Part shown: positions 1 through 9,485 of the stretch, piece after piece
Layout: each line of letters starts with the position of its first letter
How positions within the stretch are numbered: the first letter of the stretch is position 1
Source: a virus
Length of the DNA: 64,000 nucleotides
Reading direction: 5' to 3' (one strand)
Virus record (IMG/VR): IMGVR_UViG_3300048919_000265
Translations under genes and position numbers: made by a program
The notes under the pieces: generated by a model
Databases searched by the model: none
Seen by the model: only the letters and a program-made list of their open reading frames with translations
Told to the model about the DNA's origin: nothing

Positions 1-675
1 ATTCTCATCTAAACAACTTCCTGATATTAATAGATAGTTATTCTTACCACTAACAATTGCTGAATTAGTAGGTATAGTATTCAATCCTCTAAATACTTTC
101 ACCGTAGTAGAAGAACCAACTTTAACTGCTACAAATATCACGGTCCTATCAGAATCTTTAACAACCTCAGGTGCGACCATTGTAACCATATTCACACTAC
201 CATTAGGATAAGTATAAAAATCTTGAAAAAACCCATACTTATCCCGACTAGTTAACACTGCTGGAAATTTATCCACAACCGAAGGAGTTTTACCACTTCC
301 TAAAATATTAGATACTCCTTCCACCAACTCCCTAAATTTAGATTGACGTGCTGACAACTTTTGGTTTTTATCTCGCACATCAAACCACAACCTACTCACT
401 GCTGTATCATCAAACTTAGGTTGATGCTCTTTGAATATATCAACTTTAGAAGGTGCTTCTAAAGGCCGAATGTTCGTTTCTTCTGCCACACCTTTACTTT
501 CCTTCTTAGCTACTCCTAAAAACTCCTCTCCCTCTTCCGACTGCTCGGGAAATACTTTCGAAATAGCTGTCTTTTCCACATCCGTCTGATTCATATAATA
601 AAAATATCCTAACGAACTTATAACAATACCAGAGGTAACTAAAGCAACCACGATCAATTTACTATCTCTTAACAA
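1..675 (-). CDS. Membrane-anchored hypothetical protein, runs off the window start
   Basis: Read manually: GGGAGG SD, TTG at 675, open to position 1 (MLRDSKLIVVALVTSGIVISSLGYFYY...); N-terminal hydrophobic segment. Confidence 0.7.
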   Translation of the reverse strand, partial: MLRDSKLIVVALVTSGIVISSLGYFYYMNQTDVEKTAISKVFPEQSEEGEEFLGVAKKESKGVAEETNIRPLEAPSKVDIFKEHQPKFDDTAVSRLWFDVRDKNQKLSARQSKFRELVEGVSNILGSGKTPSVVDKFPAVLTSRDKYGFFQDFYTYPNGSVNMVTMVAPEVVKDSDRTVIFVAVKVGSSTTVKVFRGLNTIPTNSAIVSGKNNYLLISGSCLDEN

Positions 676-818
676 TACCTTACCTCCCACAAAAGACTTA
701 ACCGAACCCTCCAACTTTTATACTTTTATATAGATTTCTTCAGGTTTAGTTTAGGGTTTTGAAGGAACTCAAAGAAATCGTCATTTGCTTAAAATATTTG
801 TATAAGTTATGCAAGGGT

Positions 819-856
819 AGGGTTGATCTTCTCAACAACCGCGGAAGATCAACCCT
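819..856. other. Intergenic inverted repeat (13-bp stem, 12-nt loop)
   Basis: agggttgatcttc...gaagatcaaccct. Confidence 0.6.
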
Positions 857-915
857 TATCTACAAATTATCGCAAGATTACAAATAATTTATCCTCCTTA
901 TTAGGAATTCATGTC

Positions 916-936
916 AGGTGAGAAATTTCCTCACCT
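916..936. other. Stem-loop just downstream of the 948-1694 gene
   Basis: aggtgag-aaatttc-ctcacct; no clear U-tract on the minus strand. Confidence 0.5.
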
Positions 937-947
937 CAAATTAACTT

Positions 948-1694
948 CTAATATTGTTGTACATAAGTTACTACCTTTTCCCCGTTAATAATATCCTCAT
1001 TCTTTAAGAACTCACCTGATGGGAATATATAATCCGGATCTGAAACATCTTTAATATTATACGTCTTAAAAGAGGGTAAAGACGACGGCTGCGTATATTC
1101 CCTACCCGAAGTATCAACCTTAGTAATAACTACTATCTTATTATCTTGTGTAAAACTATTCGTATTCAAGTCAGCAACAACATCATAACCTTTAACAGCA
1201 TCTGTCAATCTTTTCGCCACAATAGCTGTCTGGGCACTTCTTACGCGTACTTCATCACCCATAACACTAACTAGTGGCATTTGAAGTAACTTACCTAAAA
1301 GAGTAGACGTCCGATCTTCAACATAGACAGTGATTCTATCACCCACATCCAAAGGACGTCCCACAATCTTACCCGATTTTGCCCCACTTTTTTGTCTGTC
1401 TTCACTTGATTCGTAAAACACATCAAAAGTATTAGGTTGTAACTGCTTCTCTAATTTAAGCTGAATAAAATATCTCTGACCAACAGGACCAATACTATAA
1501 CGATTGATAGTGTCACTAAGTCCATCATACATATTAGAACTTAATACGCCCGTCGTACTAACTGACTCTGCTGTATCATAAACCAGATTATCAACTTCTG
1601 CCTGCACACGTTGATAGCTAAAAAACGTAATCATTATCATATAAATATAAGCAATAACAAATACTTTTACGACTGCAGCGAAAGTATTTCCCAT
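948..1694 (-). CDS. TadE-like/minor pilin-like membrane protein
   Basis: Short N-terminus, single TM, then soluble domain; follows pilin-like genes in the tad cluster. Confidence 0.55.
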   Translation of the reverse strand: MGNTFAAVVKVFVIAYIYMIMITFFSYQRVQAEVDNLVYDTAESVSTTGVLSSNMYDGLSDTINRYSIGPVGQRYFIQLKLEKQLQPNTFDVFYESSEDRQKSGAKSGKIVGRPLDVGDRITVYVEDRTSTLLGKLLQMPLVSVMGDEVRVRSAQTAIVAKRLTDAVKGYDVVADLNTNSFTQDNKIVVITKVDTSGREYTQPSSLPSFKTYNIKDVSDPDYIFPSGEFLKNEDIINGEKVVTYVQQY

Positions 1695-1724
1695 TAATTC
1701 ACAACCTCAGTTCTACGTATATGT

Positions 1725-1748
1725 AGGAGGGGAATTAATTCCCCTCCT
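1725..1748. repeat. Perfect 24-bp palindrome between two pilin-like genes
   Basis: aggaggggaatt|aattcccctcct. Confidence 0.85.
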
Positions 1749-1754
1749 GTCTAA

Positions 1755-2330
1755 CTAGTTACCTTGAGACACTTGCGTAAATGACATACGAGTAACTCTA
1801 CCTGTAGAATCAGACTTCTTACTCATGGTAAATGTAGCAGAATCAACCACATCTTGCATATTAGTAGTTTGTGTATACGTGCCTGTACTACTTGCAAGAT
1901 AATTAACAACTACATACAATTTGCCAGTTTGGAACGCACCACTATCGGCGAAATCAACTGCACCATTACTTTGAGAAGAAACTAGGCTGCTAGTACCATC
2001 AACCAAATAACCCGATCCTTGCGCTTTAGCCATGGACATATATTGTCTAACACTAGACCCAACCGTTTTACTACTGTCATTCAAAACTTGGTCCAGCTGA
2101 TTTGTTTTAGCCATCATATTGTTACCAGTATTCATGAGCTTGTCATAGTTAGGAATAACAAGCAATGCTGCAGCAACCAGTACAATCGCAATAACAATAA
2201 TCCATACCCACAATTTATCCATTCTTCTATACACCTTACCTTTTCTTCGTTTAATTATCTTCCTTTTTCCATTACCAAAACCTGACTCGATCTCATCCTC
2301 ATATCTTCGTCTGCCTAATTTGCTACTCAT
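1755..2330 (-). CDS. Pilin-like protein (possible major pilin); alternative start at 2222 (MDKLW...)
   Basis: Basic leader, hydrophobic helix WVWIIVIAIVLVAAALLVIP, small globular domain; AGGTG SD before both ATGs; downstream of tadC. Confidence 0.55.
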   Translation of the reverse strand: MSSKLGRRRYEDEIESGFGNGKRKIIKRRKGKVYRRMDKLWVWIIVIAIVLVAAALLVIPNYDKLMNTGNNMMAKTNQLDQVLNDSSKTVGSSVRQYMSMAKAQGSGYLVDGTSSLVSSQSNGAVDFADSGAFQTGKLYVVVNYLASSTGTYTQTTNMQDVVDSATFTMSKKSDSTGRVTRMSFTQVSQGN

Positions 2331-2338
2331 TAATTCAC

Positions 2339-2752
2339 CTACATTTGTGTATACATAATCGTGTTAGCAGAAGGTCGAGTAACTTTAAAGGAAGCAGAAT
2401 AAAAATCTAGATCAGAACTTAGTCCACCAAAATCAGAGGCATACCATTCCCTATTTAGATTTCCAGCACCGGAACCATAACTTCTATTCGATCCCCATCC
2501 TGAAACCTCTACAGTCACTCCTTCAACTCCCTGATAAAACCTGATTGCACCAATTACATCACCACCTTTTACAGTTATTCCTACAGTCGCAGCACTATCA
2601 ATAAGAGTATCTTGTTTAACTTTCTCCAGTCCATCTGATTTAGAAACAACCGTATGAACACCAGATAAAGACGCTTGCGAAAGTGTCACAAAGAACACAA
2701 CTCCTATTAGTGCTAAGGTGTCAATAATAACTGTTGACCACAACTTATCCAT
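2339..2752 (-). CDS. Pilin-like protein
   Basis: MDKLW start, N-terminal TM, follows tadC. Confidence 0.5.
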   Translation of the reverse strand: MDKLWSTVIIDTLALIGVVFFVTLSQASLSGVHTVVSKSDGLEKVKQDTLIDSAATVGITVKGGDVIGAIRFYQGVEGVTVEVSGWGSNRSYGSGAGNLNREWYASDFGGLSSDLDFYSASFKVTRPSANTIMYTQM

Positions 2753-2769
2753 TTTACACCTCTCATTAC

Positions 2770-3849
2770 TTAAAAGGATACATTAGCCATATCCATAACC
2801 TTCATCCAAGGAATGAAGAAATAGAACATCAAAAATGCCATCAGTACGAAAAATAAAGTCTGACCAAGCGAGTGTATGTTTACCACTTTCTTAATAGTCT
2901 TCCGTTTTATATCGGAACGATCATACTTGAGTTCCTTCTTGATATTCATAATAGCTTTATTAAAATCACCATTCTGAGCTTCTTCTAATTTCTCAAAGAA
3001 CATCCTAATATAAACCGTCTTCTGTTCTTTAGAAATCCTCTTCATAACTCTATCTACTGGCTCTGTATTCTGTGCCAATGCCTCTCTAATCTTGTCTAAC
3101 TCTTTTGCTATATTAGGACGGGCCTTTTCATACATAGCATCTAGTGCTATAGCAAAGGAATTATTCAGCGTACCACTTATTACAAAAATACTTTTCAAAA
3201 ACTCAACATTAGCTCTATCCTCCGCTAACATTTTATTCTTATACAAGAGCAACATAACTTCAGCCAACATGCTTGCCAAGAACGCTAGGCCAAAATACGT
3301 ACTATGATCCCACACTCGTGCTTCATAATAAGTCAAAGCACGATAATAAACTTTATTAGCAAAAGCGTTCTCATCTTCGACTAATCTTATATTATTAGTG
3401 TGAACATAATTTGAAACCATAAACATCACGTTCTCGGCTCCCATAGTCAAATACTCTTCCTTTGGGAAAGTATTAATTAAATAATTAAATGCTACAATTT
3501 CTTGCTGCAATGCATTAACCTTATCCTTAACCTCTACCTCCTGCCGATACTTCAAATCCATATCCATCTCGAGCGAAGTCAATGCTTTCTCGGTGTAAAA
3601 CGAAATGTTTGTTAACTTGATTCCATACACCATGACAAGTACTAACAAAAACAAACCAAGTTTTATCAGCATCGCCTGACTGAATTTAAGATTTGTTTCT
3701 GACAAAAATATTTCTGAATATGTGTCCGAAAATGTCTTCTTAGGAGTATTCCCATCTTGAGTATTCTTCGGTTTTCTGCGAGTTACGATAACTAATGCAA
3801 CCACAAGTAAAACCAATACCCCGACTAATACTAGCCGCCAAGTTTCCAC
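2770..3849 (-). CDS. tadC: TadC-like (T2SSF family) pilus platform protein
   Basis: Multi-TM with a C-terminal T2SSF-like helical region; second of two platform genes after tadA. Confidence 0.65.
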   Translation of the reverse strand: METWRLVLVGVLVLLVVALVIVTRRKPKNTQDGNTPKKTFSDTYSEIFLSETNLKFSQAMLIKLGLFLLVLVMVYGIKLTNISFYTEKALTSLEMDMDLKYRQEVEVKDKVNALQQEIVAFNYLINTFPKEEYLTMGAENVMFMVSNYVHTNNIRLVEDENAFANKVYYRALTYYEARVWDHSTYFGLAFLASMLAEVMLLLYKNKMLAEDRANVEFLKSIFVISGTLNNSFAIALDAMYEKARPNIAKELDKIREALAQNTEPVDRVMKRISKEQKTVYIRMFFEKLEEAQNGDFNKAIMNIKKELKYDRSDIKRKTIKKVVNIHSLGQTLFFVLMAFLMFYFFIPWMKVMDMANVSF

Positions 3850-3867
3850 TTACTCACCTTCCCCGCA

Positions 3868-4806
3868 CTATACAACCTTCTTCTCTTCTACATAACGCAT
3901 TACTCCAATGTAGGCTAACATACCAAGCAATATCATAATTTTATAAACATAACCTTTAGGGGAAACATAAAAATCTCCTAACACTGATCCCAAACTCTTC
4001 TCGCTCATTAGCTCCAACCCAGACAAAGAAAAGGGCACTATACCTGCGATGGACACCATATAAGCGCGACCTGCCCCAAAAATATCACGCTCATTATCGA
4101 TATCAAAATACACCTGTTCAGTAAGTTCTTCCAGCTGTTCATTAATTACTTCTCCACCGCCGCGAGAGTAAGCTGATTTTATAAGCGTTATTAAGATTGT
4201 GGCATACCTATTCTGGAACTCAGTTTCAAGATCCTGTAGCTGTTCTTCACGTAGTTCCAAATTCATCGTCTTAAACGCATTATAAATTTTATCTAACAGC
4301 TTCTTAACTGGAGGTTCTGAATCCAAGGCTGATAACTCAATCGCCCGCATTATGTCGTTATCCATCAAAAACCTCGATGACAAATACTTAAAACTACTTG
4401 GCATCATTTGACTAAACTTACTATCCATCCAGGACAATAATACCAAAAACGCCAAATACTCCAATACAATACTAATCACAGCATAAATAACACCCATATA
4501 CCAGAGTGGTGCAGTAACAAAACTCAGTACCAAAGAGAGAACAGCCAAGAGTATCAAACCCAACCAAACAAATGAGGCATAAATGACATTACGAGCATAC
4601 GTAGCTCCATTAATCTTGTTCAAGCCTTTAGCGGTTTGATGCACATATTTTTGTAAAAATCTATTATTGGTAATCCAAACCTGCAGCCGATCAATAAACT
4701 TTTCTTTATCAGACTTTTGTTTACTGTTAAGCTTACGCCAAAATATCGGTGCCAACTGGCTTCCAACTAATGCCAGTATGGCTATCAGTAAAATCAAAAA
4801 AATCAT
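3868..4806 (-). CDS. tadB: TadB-like pilus platform protein
   Basis: Multi-TM, overlaps the tadA stop by 1 nt; T2SSF-like pattern. Confidence 0.65.
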   Translation of the reverse strand: MIFLILLIAILALVGSQLAPIFWRKLNSKQKSDKEKFIDRLQVWITNNRFLQKYVHQTAKGLNKINGATYARNVIYASFVWLGLILLAVLSLVLSFVTAPLWYMGVIYAVISIVLEYLAFLVLLSWMDSKFSQMMPSSFKYLSSRFLMDNDIMRAIELSALDSEPPVKKLLDKIYNAFKTMNLELREEQLQDLETEFQNRYATILITLIKSAYSRGGGEVINEQLEELTEQVYFDIDNERDIFGAGRAYMVSIAGIVPFSLSGLELMSEKSLGSVLGDFYVSPKGYVYKIMILLGMLAYIGVMRYVEEKKVV

Positions 4807-6527
4807 TAAGAGGCCCCCTCGAAGATGGAATGCATCTTAGCGAGTTCCCTGTTCGTTAAGTGAATACTTGCCCGTTTAAAATAAGCCTCTGTTGGGACGC
4901 CTACTTTACGCCAATCGCCTAGCTCCCTATCAAACGTAAACAACTTATTAATCCGATATGGACGGCTATACAACATTTTAGAGTAATACATTTGTTCCAA
5001 CTCCAGCTTGCGCTCCATCTTCTGCTTGAGTGTAAAATCCTTACCTAAGCTCAAATCACCTACATAAATATCACGGGGCATAGGTACAATCTCAGAAACC
5101 GCCTCCACTACAATTCTACCACCACGCAGTTTGGCCATATGATACACGAGATTAATACTCTTCGCCACAGCTAATTCAGCTGCTTCACGAGTATCATATC
5201 TGTTTGTGGACATAAGAAGCTCCGTCGCATTAGGTACAACTTCTTCGTCACTAATACTGTGAATTGTAGCCCCTACACCAGAATTAAGACGAGTGGCAGC
5301 TTTAACTAGTTCACCCATTTCTTCAGGTCCGGCAATCTCGGATACACACAATACATCACGTGCTTGTTTCAAGATTATTTCAAAACACTTGGATATAGTC
5401 ATATTAGGACCCGGAGTCATCGTCTTACTATTAAGCTCAGGAAACTTCTGTGCAAGCTGCATTTCGTTCTGAGGGTCCAATACACCAATACCCCACTTCA
5501 ACGGTGTCTTAGCTAACAATGCCACAAGCATACTTGACTTACCCACACCCATATCAGCGCCGCTAACCACATACGCACCGCGACCTCTTTGATTCAAAAC
5601 CATAAAATTAAAAACGTCCTGATTAATGGTATTATAAACATCCAACATTTGCTCCAACGTCATCTTGCTTAGGGTAAAAATGCGCTCATTATAATATCGA
5701 GATGTAGCATCTGGTACAGACGAAAATCCAGCCACCGTTATCCGGCTACCATTTGCTTTAGATGCGATAACAGTAGGTTCTTTCTCCTCATACTTTATAC
5801 TAGACAAACCCGTAGCCTTACGCTGGATTGCCTCCAACTTATGTGTATGAGAAAATTTCAAAAACGAGAGCCAAATCTTAACACCCTTATAAATGATGTA
5901 AATATAACTCTTTTCCCTAAACGCCACTTCGCTAACCATCTGCAAAGTAAGACTGTCAATAATGTCACTACCATAACTGCTGGCATAAAACATCGTAGCA
6001 AGCAATTCGACCCTCTTCATAGTATTCCCAAATAAAGCGTCTAAATTCTCTTTCTCCGCTACGATAATTGCGCGCAACTTTTTAGAACTAAACTTCTCCG
6101 GATACTCTTCGGGAATATCAGGACACTTAAGCTCTTCATCTGTCAGTGCAGAGGAATCTTCTTCCTGCTCAGGCTCTACACCAATCTTATACTTATTTAA
6201 ATAATGTGACAGATCGTTATTCATCAATAATAGCTCTAACAACACATAATCTTCGTTTCGTGGATAATCATCAAAGTCAATCAATGATGCCATCTTTTCC
6301 TTGCTGCCATAACCCAAGTATCTTAGCAGCTTAACGTATAAATCTATGATATAAGTACGAGCCGCTAAATCATTAACCTCCGCCAGTTTCAACTGATTAT
6401 TAAAGTCCATAATCTCAGCCTTAGCATCTTTACTATTCATACCATAAAGTTCCGCTATTTTATTATGGTCTATAAGAATTTCCTTAAGTTCTTTCTCTAA
6501 TGCAGAAGCCGCACTTTTGTCTAACAT
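4806..6527 (-). CDS. tadA: TadA/CpaF pilus assembly ATPase
   Basis: Walker A GADMGVGKSS, Walker B-like ARDVLCVSEIAG, His box GATIHS; tad context. Confidence 0.85.
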   Translation of the reverse strand: MLDKSAASALEKELKEILIDHNKIAELYGMNSKDAKAEIMDFNNQLKLAEVNDLAARTYIIDLYVKLLRYLGYGSKEKMASLIDFDDYPRNEDYVLLELLLMNNDLSHYLNKYKIGVEPEQEEDSSALTDEELKCPDIPEEYPEKFSSKKLRAIIVAEKENLDALFGNTMKRVELLATMFYASSYGSDIIDSLTLQMVSEVAFREKSYIYIIYKGVKIWLSFLKFSHTHKLEAIQRKATGLSSIKYEEKEPTVIASKANGSRITVAGFSSVPDATSRYYNERIFTLSKMTLEQMLDVYNTINQDVFNFMVLNQRGRGAYVVSGADMGVGKSSMLVALLAKTPLKWGIGVLDPQNEMQLAQKFPELNSKTMTPGPNMTISKCFEIILKQARDVLCVSEIAGPEEMGELVKAATRLNSGVGATIHSISDEEVVPNATELLMSTNRYDTREAAELAVAKSINLVYHMAKLRGGRIVVEAVSEIVPMPRDIYVGDLSLGKDFTLKQKMERKLELEQMYYSKMLYSRPYRINKLFTFDRELGDWRKVGVPTEAYFKRASIHLTNRELAKMHSIFEGAS

Positions 6528-6529
6528 AA

Positions 6530-7309
6530 CTACCTCCTAGTTACACCAAGCAAATACTGATTAAGTTCGTCCAACCGAGTCAAATACAATTCAGACTTGC
6601 GTTCTGAAAACTTATGCAACGTCTTATCATTGCTATGATTAATCAGTTCCGGAGAAAATGGTAACTTAAAAATCTTACCAGGTAATTGGGCTTGCATCAA
6701 TTGACTCTTCACTTCTGCTTCTTTAAACCTCAATGTAGTAGGTCCAAGAGTGTCAATATACTTGTTCACAACAAATATAATCTTCCGGGCGTGTTTCTCA
6801 TAAAGAGGAATCAATTCCCTTTTTATTGTATCTAATGATCTCATATCCTGATTAATAACAACTAAAACATAATCGGCAACATCATAGAAATAACCAGAAT
6901 CCTTATCATTTGCTTCCCTACAATCTATAATCGTATGTTTAAAAACCTTACGACTATGCTTAACAAAGCTCTGAGCCATTTCACTAGTCAAACTATGTCT
7001 TGTGTTAGGTCCCATAAAATATAAATTATCAATCGATTTAGAAGCACACTTCCGCATAAAAATTACACGGGCCTCCGCCTCCGGTGCCTCAAACATCTCT
7101 GCATTCTCAGCAGTACAAAAATCGTCTAATGTTCTATACAACGCCTGACTTGTGAGATAGTACTCCACATCCTCAGACACATTTAGATCCACGACATTAA
7201 TCACAGTGGCGTCTTCTTTCTTTGCGCTTGCAATTAATCTAGTAGCCATATTAATTGCAAGACTTGTACGACCTGATCCCCTACGCGGAGACGTAATTGC
7301 GACAATCAT
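6530..7309 (-). CDS. CpaE/TadZ-like MinD/ParA-family ATPase
   Basis: Deviant Walker A SPRRGSGRTS, VVDLN, TIIDC, VVNKY motifs; immediately upstream of tadA. Confidence 0.75.
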   Translation of the reverse strand: MIVAITSPRRGSGRTSLAINMATRLIASAKKEDATVINVVDLNVSEDVEYYLTSQALYRTLDDFCTAENAEMFEAPEAEARVIFMRKCASKSIDNLYFMGPNTRHSLTSEMAQSFVKHSRKVFKHTIIDCREANDKDSGYFYDVADYVLVVINQDMRSLDTIKRELIPLYEKHARKIIFVVNKYIDTLGPTTLRFKEAEVKSQLMQAQLPGKIFKLPFSPELINHSNDKTLHKFSERKSELYLTRLDELNQYLLGVTRR

Positions 7310-7327
7310 ACATTACACCACCCATTA

Positions 7328-8200
7328 TTAATTTCCTGTTCCAAGAGAGGCACTATTTTTCTTTTGTTGTGCCTGTTGCGCCTTAATCTTAGCTGTACCT
7401 GCATTAAATGTAACATCAGATGGAGTTTGATCTTCATCAATGTACAATCTGATTGCCAGATCTCCAGATTTCTTAGCCAACTCAAGATTAGCATATTCTT
7501 TTTCATCCACACTGAAAACCATTTCATTAGTGGAGCCTAACACAACTGCCTGCTCCCCATTTGGATTAGTTTGAACTTGTTGGGTTCCTGCGCCTAACGG
7601 TCTAATGTTAGTGATCTTTTTCTTAGAGAGTACAACATCATAATCTCCGTTACCATAATCTACAACTACGTCAACTAGATTACCGATTTGTGCTTGACCA
7701 GCGACAGTATTTGTGATAGGGTATTCCTTCAATCTATCAAATTTACCAAACCAATCAGCCTGATCTGTAAGTTGATTTAGGGACACCTGTCCATTACTAA
7801 CCATATCCACTGTAAGCACTTTACCAATAAGCAAACTTTGATCAGGCACGGGTGCTTCAACTGCGAAATCCAATGGTACTTGTTTTACTATAATATTTTT
7901 CTTAACGATTTCATCCGTAAGCAAAGTATACTTACTAATCTTAGCACCAGGTTTGATAAATGCACTAGTTGTTTTAGGCATAGCATTAACGTCAACCTGC
8001 GCGATAGTTTCTTCGCGTGTAGTGGCTCTTACATGCGGGACAACTGCAAATTGGTAAATACCAACAACCAACAGCGCAGTAGCCAATCCTATGCCTATTC
8101 TGATGGCAGTCCCTCTGTCCATCTCCTTAAGGTTAAAACTGAACTTCTTTGGTTCTTCCGTGGAGAAACTGTCCTCAGACTTTTTTATAAATCTGTTCAT
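7328..8200 (-). CDS. cpaB: CpaB/RcpC-like SAF-domain pilus assembly protein
   Basis: TM, then SAF-like segment (LIGKVLTVDM), and GNLVDVVVDY / FSVDEKEYANLELA as in RcpC. Confidence 0.7.
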   Translation of the reverse strand: MNRFIKKSEDSFSTEEPKKFSFNLKEMDRGTAIRIGIGLATALLVVGIYQFAVVPHVRATTREETIAQVDVNAMPKTTSAFIKPGAKISKYTLLTDEIVKKNIIVKQVPLDFAVEAPVPDQSLLIGKVLTVDMVSNGQVSLNQLTDQADWFGKFDRLKEYPITNTVAGQAQIGNLVDVVVDYGNGDYDVVLSKKKITNIRPLGAGTQQVQTNPNGEQAVVLGSTNEMVFSVDEKEYANLELAKKSGDLAIRLYIDEDQTPSDVTFNAGTAKIKAQQAQQKKNSASLGTGN

Positions 8201-8218
8201 CCCTACAACTCCCTTAGC

Positions 8219-9142
8219 TTAATAACGCTTGACAAGCGTGAACCCAGATGCATTATAATTACGATACCTAAAGAGTTCGTTATTACTTACGCCCTCTGAG
8301 TCAGCTGCATAAATAATAAAAAATGTAATACCCTCTAACACATTAAAGTTACTTATCTCGCGTAGCTCGTTGTAATAATCCTGCTTTTCTTTTATATTCA
8401 TTCCCGATGTATCTTTGTTTTCAAATCCAGCAGTTCTTATCTGAATTTGAAATCCATTACTATCGTTAGCTGGATCATAAGTAACTTCCTGCACTACCCG
8501 ATTAATATTAGAAATAACAGTTTTATCCCTGATCTCTTTATCCAATCTTTTGCCTCCTACAAACACATCCTTATTATGCAACTTCACAGCAGTAATCTTG
8601 GTATCTTTCTTTTCGTAATACATGCTGGTTTCATCCCGAAGATTAACATAAATAAGTCTACCACTATCATCAGTAAGTGTATAAAACATAGGAGGCAACC
8701 ATTCAAAACTAATATTATAATCTGAAGGATTATTAACATTTCCTCCAGGTTTAAGACTAGTCTTCCTTTCGGCTACATAAAACTTGTCACCATAAGTTAG
8801 CACAAGTGCAGGAATACTAGCCTGCACTTGTGCTAATTTATCCGCATCCAAATAACGACTATACAGCAAATTGTTAAATTCACTCACAAGACGATCTTTA
8901 TCTATCTTGATCATATCTTCATTCTCTAAGTAATACCCCAATGAAAAAACTTCGTAATTCGCTCCCTCTAAATCTATCGCATTTACAAGCACCTTAGATG
9001 CTAAATTGAGAGTTTGCTTTGTTTTCTGTACATCCAAGTCGTTAATGGTTTGCCTTGCGGAAGGATAAAAAATCATAACAAATACCACCAAAAATCCTAA
9101 CCCAGCCGCAAAATTACGCAATTGTTTTTCCTCCTCAACCAT
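8219..9142 (-). CDS. Tad-locus membrane-anchored protein
   Basis: N-terminal TM, large extracellular domain, upstream of cpaB. Confidence 0.6.
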   Translation of the reverse strand: MVEEEKQLRNFAAGLGFLVVFVMIFYPSARQTINDLDVQKTKQTLNLASKVLVNAIDLEGANYEVFSLGYYLENEDMIKIDKDRLVSEFNNLLYSRYLDADKLAQVQASIPALVLTYGDKFYVAERKTSLKPGGNVNNPSDYNISFEWLPPMFYTLTDDSGRLIYVNLRDETSMYYEKKDTKITAVKLHNKDVFVGGKRLDKEIRDKTVISNINRVVQEVTYDPANDSNGFQIQIRTAGFENKDTSGMNIKEKQDYYNELREISNFNVLEGITFFIIYAADSEGVSNNELFRYRNYNASGFTLVKRY

Positions 9143-9297
9143 TTCCTACCCTTATAACTTAGCATCAACCAACTCCAAAAATAGAATATGTAACTTACTC
9201 ATACAAGAACTTAAACGGCACCGACTTTAATAAATAAACCAGCCGCACATATCCTAATTGCCATCACCTCCTTAACTTAATCAACTCAATATGTAAG

Positions 9298-9429
9298 CTA
9301 TACAGCCCTAAAGGCGCGTATAGCAGATACAACCATAACAATACCTACAGAATAAACCAACCTATCTTCTTTGAAACATATAATAACAGCAACCAAACAA
9401 ATTACCATAACTCCAACATGAAATCTCAT
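9298..9429 (-). CDS. Small 43-aa membrane protein
   Basis: Read manually: GGAGG SD, MRFHVGVMVICLVAVIICFKEDRLVYSVGIVMVVSAIRAFRAV. Confidence 0.4.
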   Translation of the reverse strand: MRFHVGVMVICLVAVIICFKEDRLVYSVGIVMVVSAIRAFRAV

Positions 9430-9446
9430 TAGACCTCCGAAATAAA

Positions 9447-9481
9447 TAGGTGGTTGAGCTAACTTTCAGCTCAACCACCTA
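9447..9481. other. Intergenic stem-loop (14-bp stem)
   Basis: taggtggttgagct-aactttc-agctcaaccaccta. Confidence 0.7.
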
Positions 9482-9485
9482 AATG

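Noticed and set aside
7306-7527. Short alternative-frame minus ORFs (7306, 10958, 22623, 31153, 36778, 39790, 41015, 51657, 58662)
   Set aside because: Nested within longer ORFs with better-supported products.
9150-9270. Possible small gene or prepilin peptidase remnant after an AAGGAGG SD
   Set aside because: Frames close within 20 codons and show no peptidase motifs.
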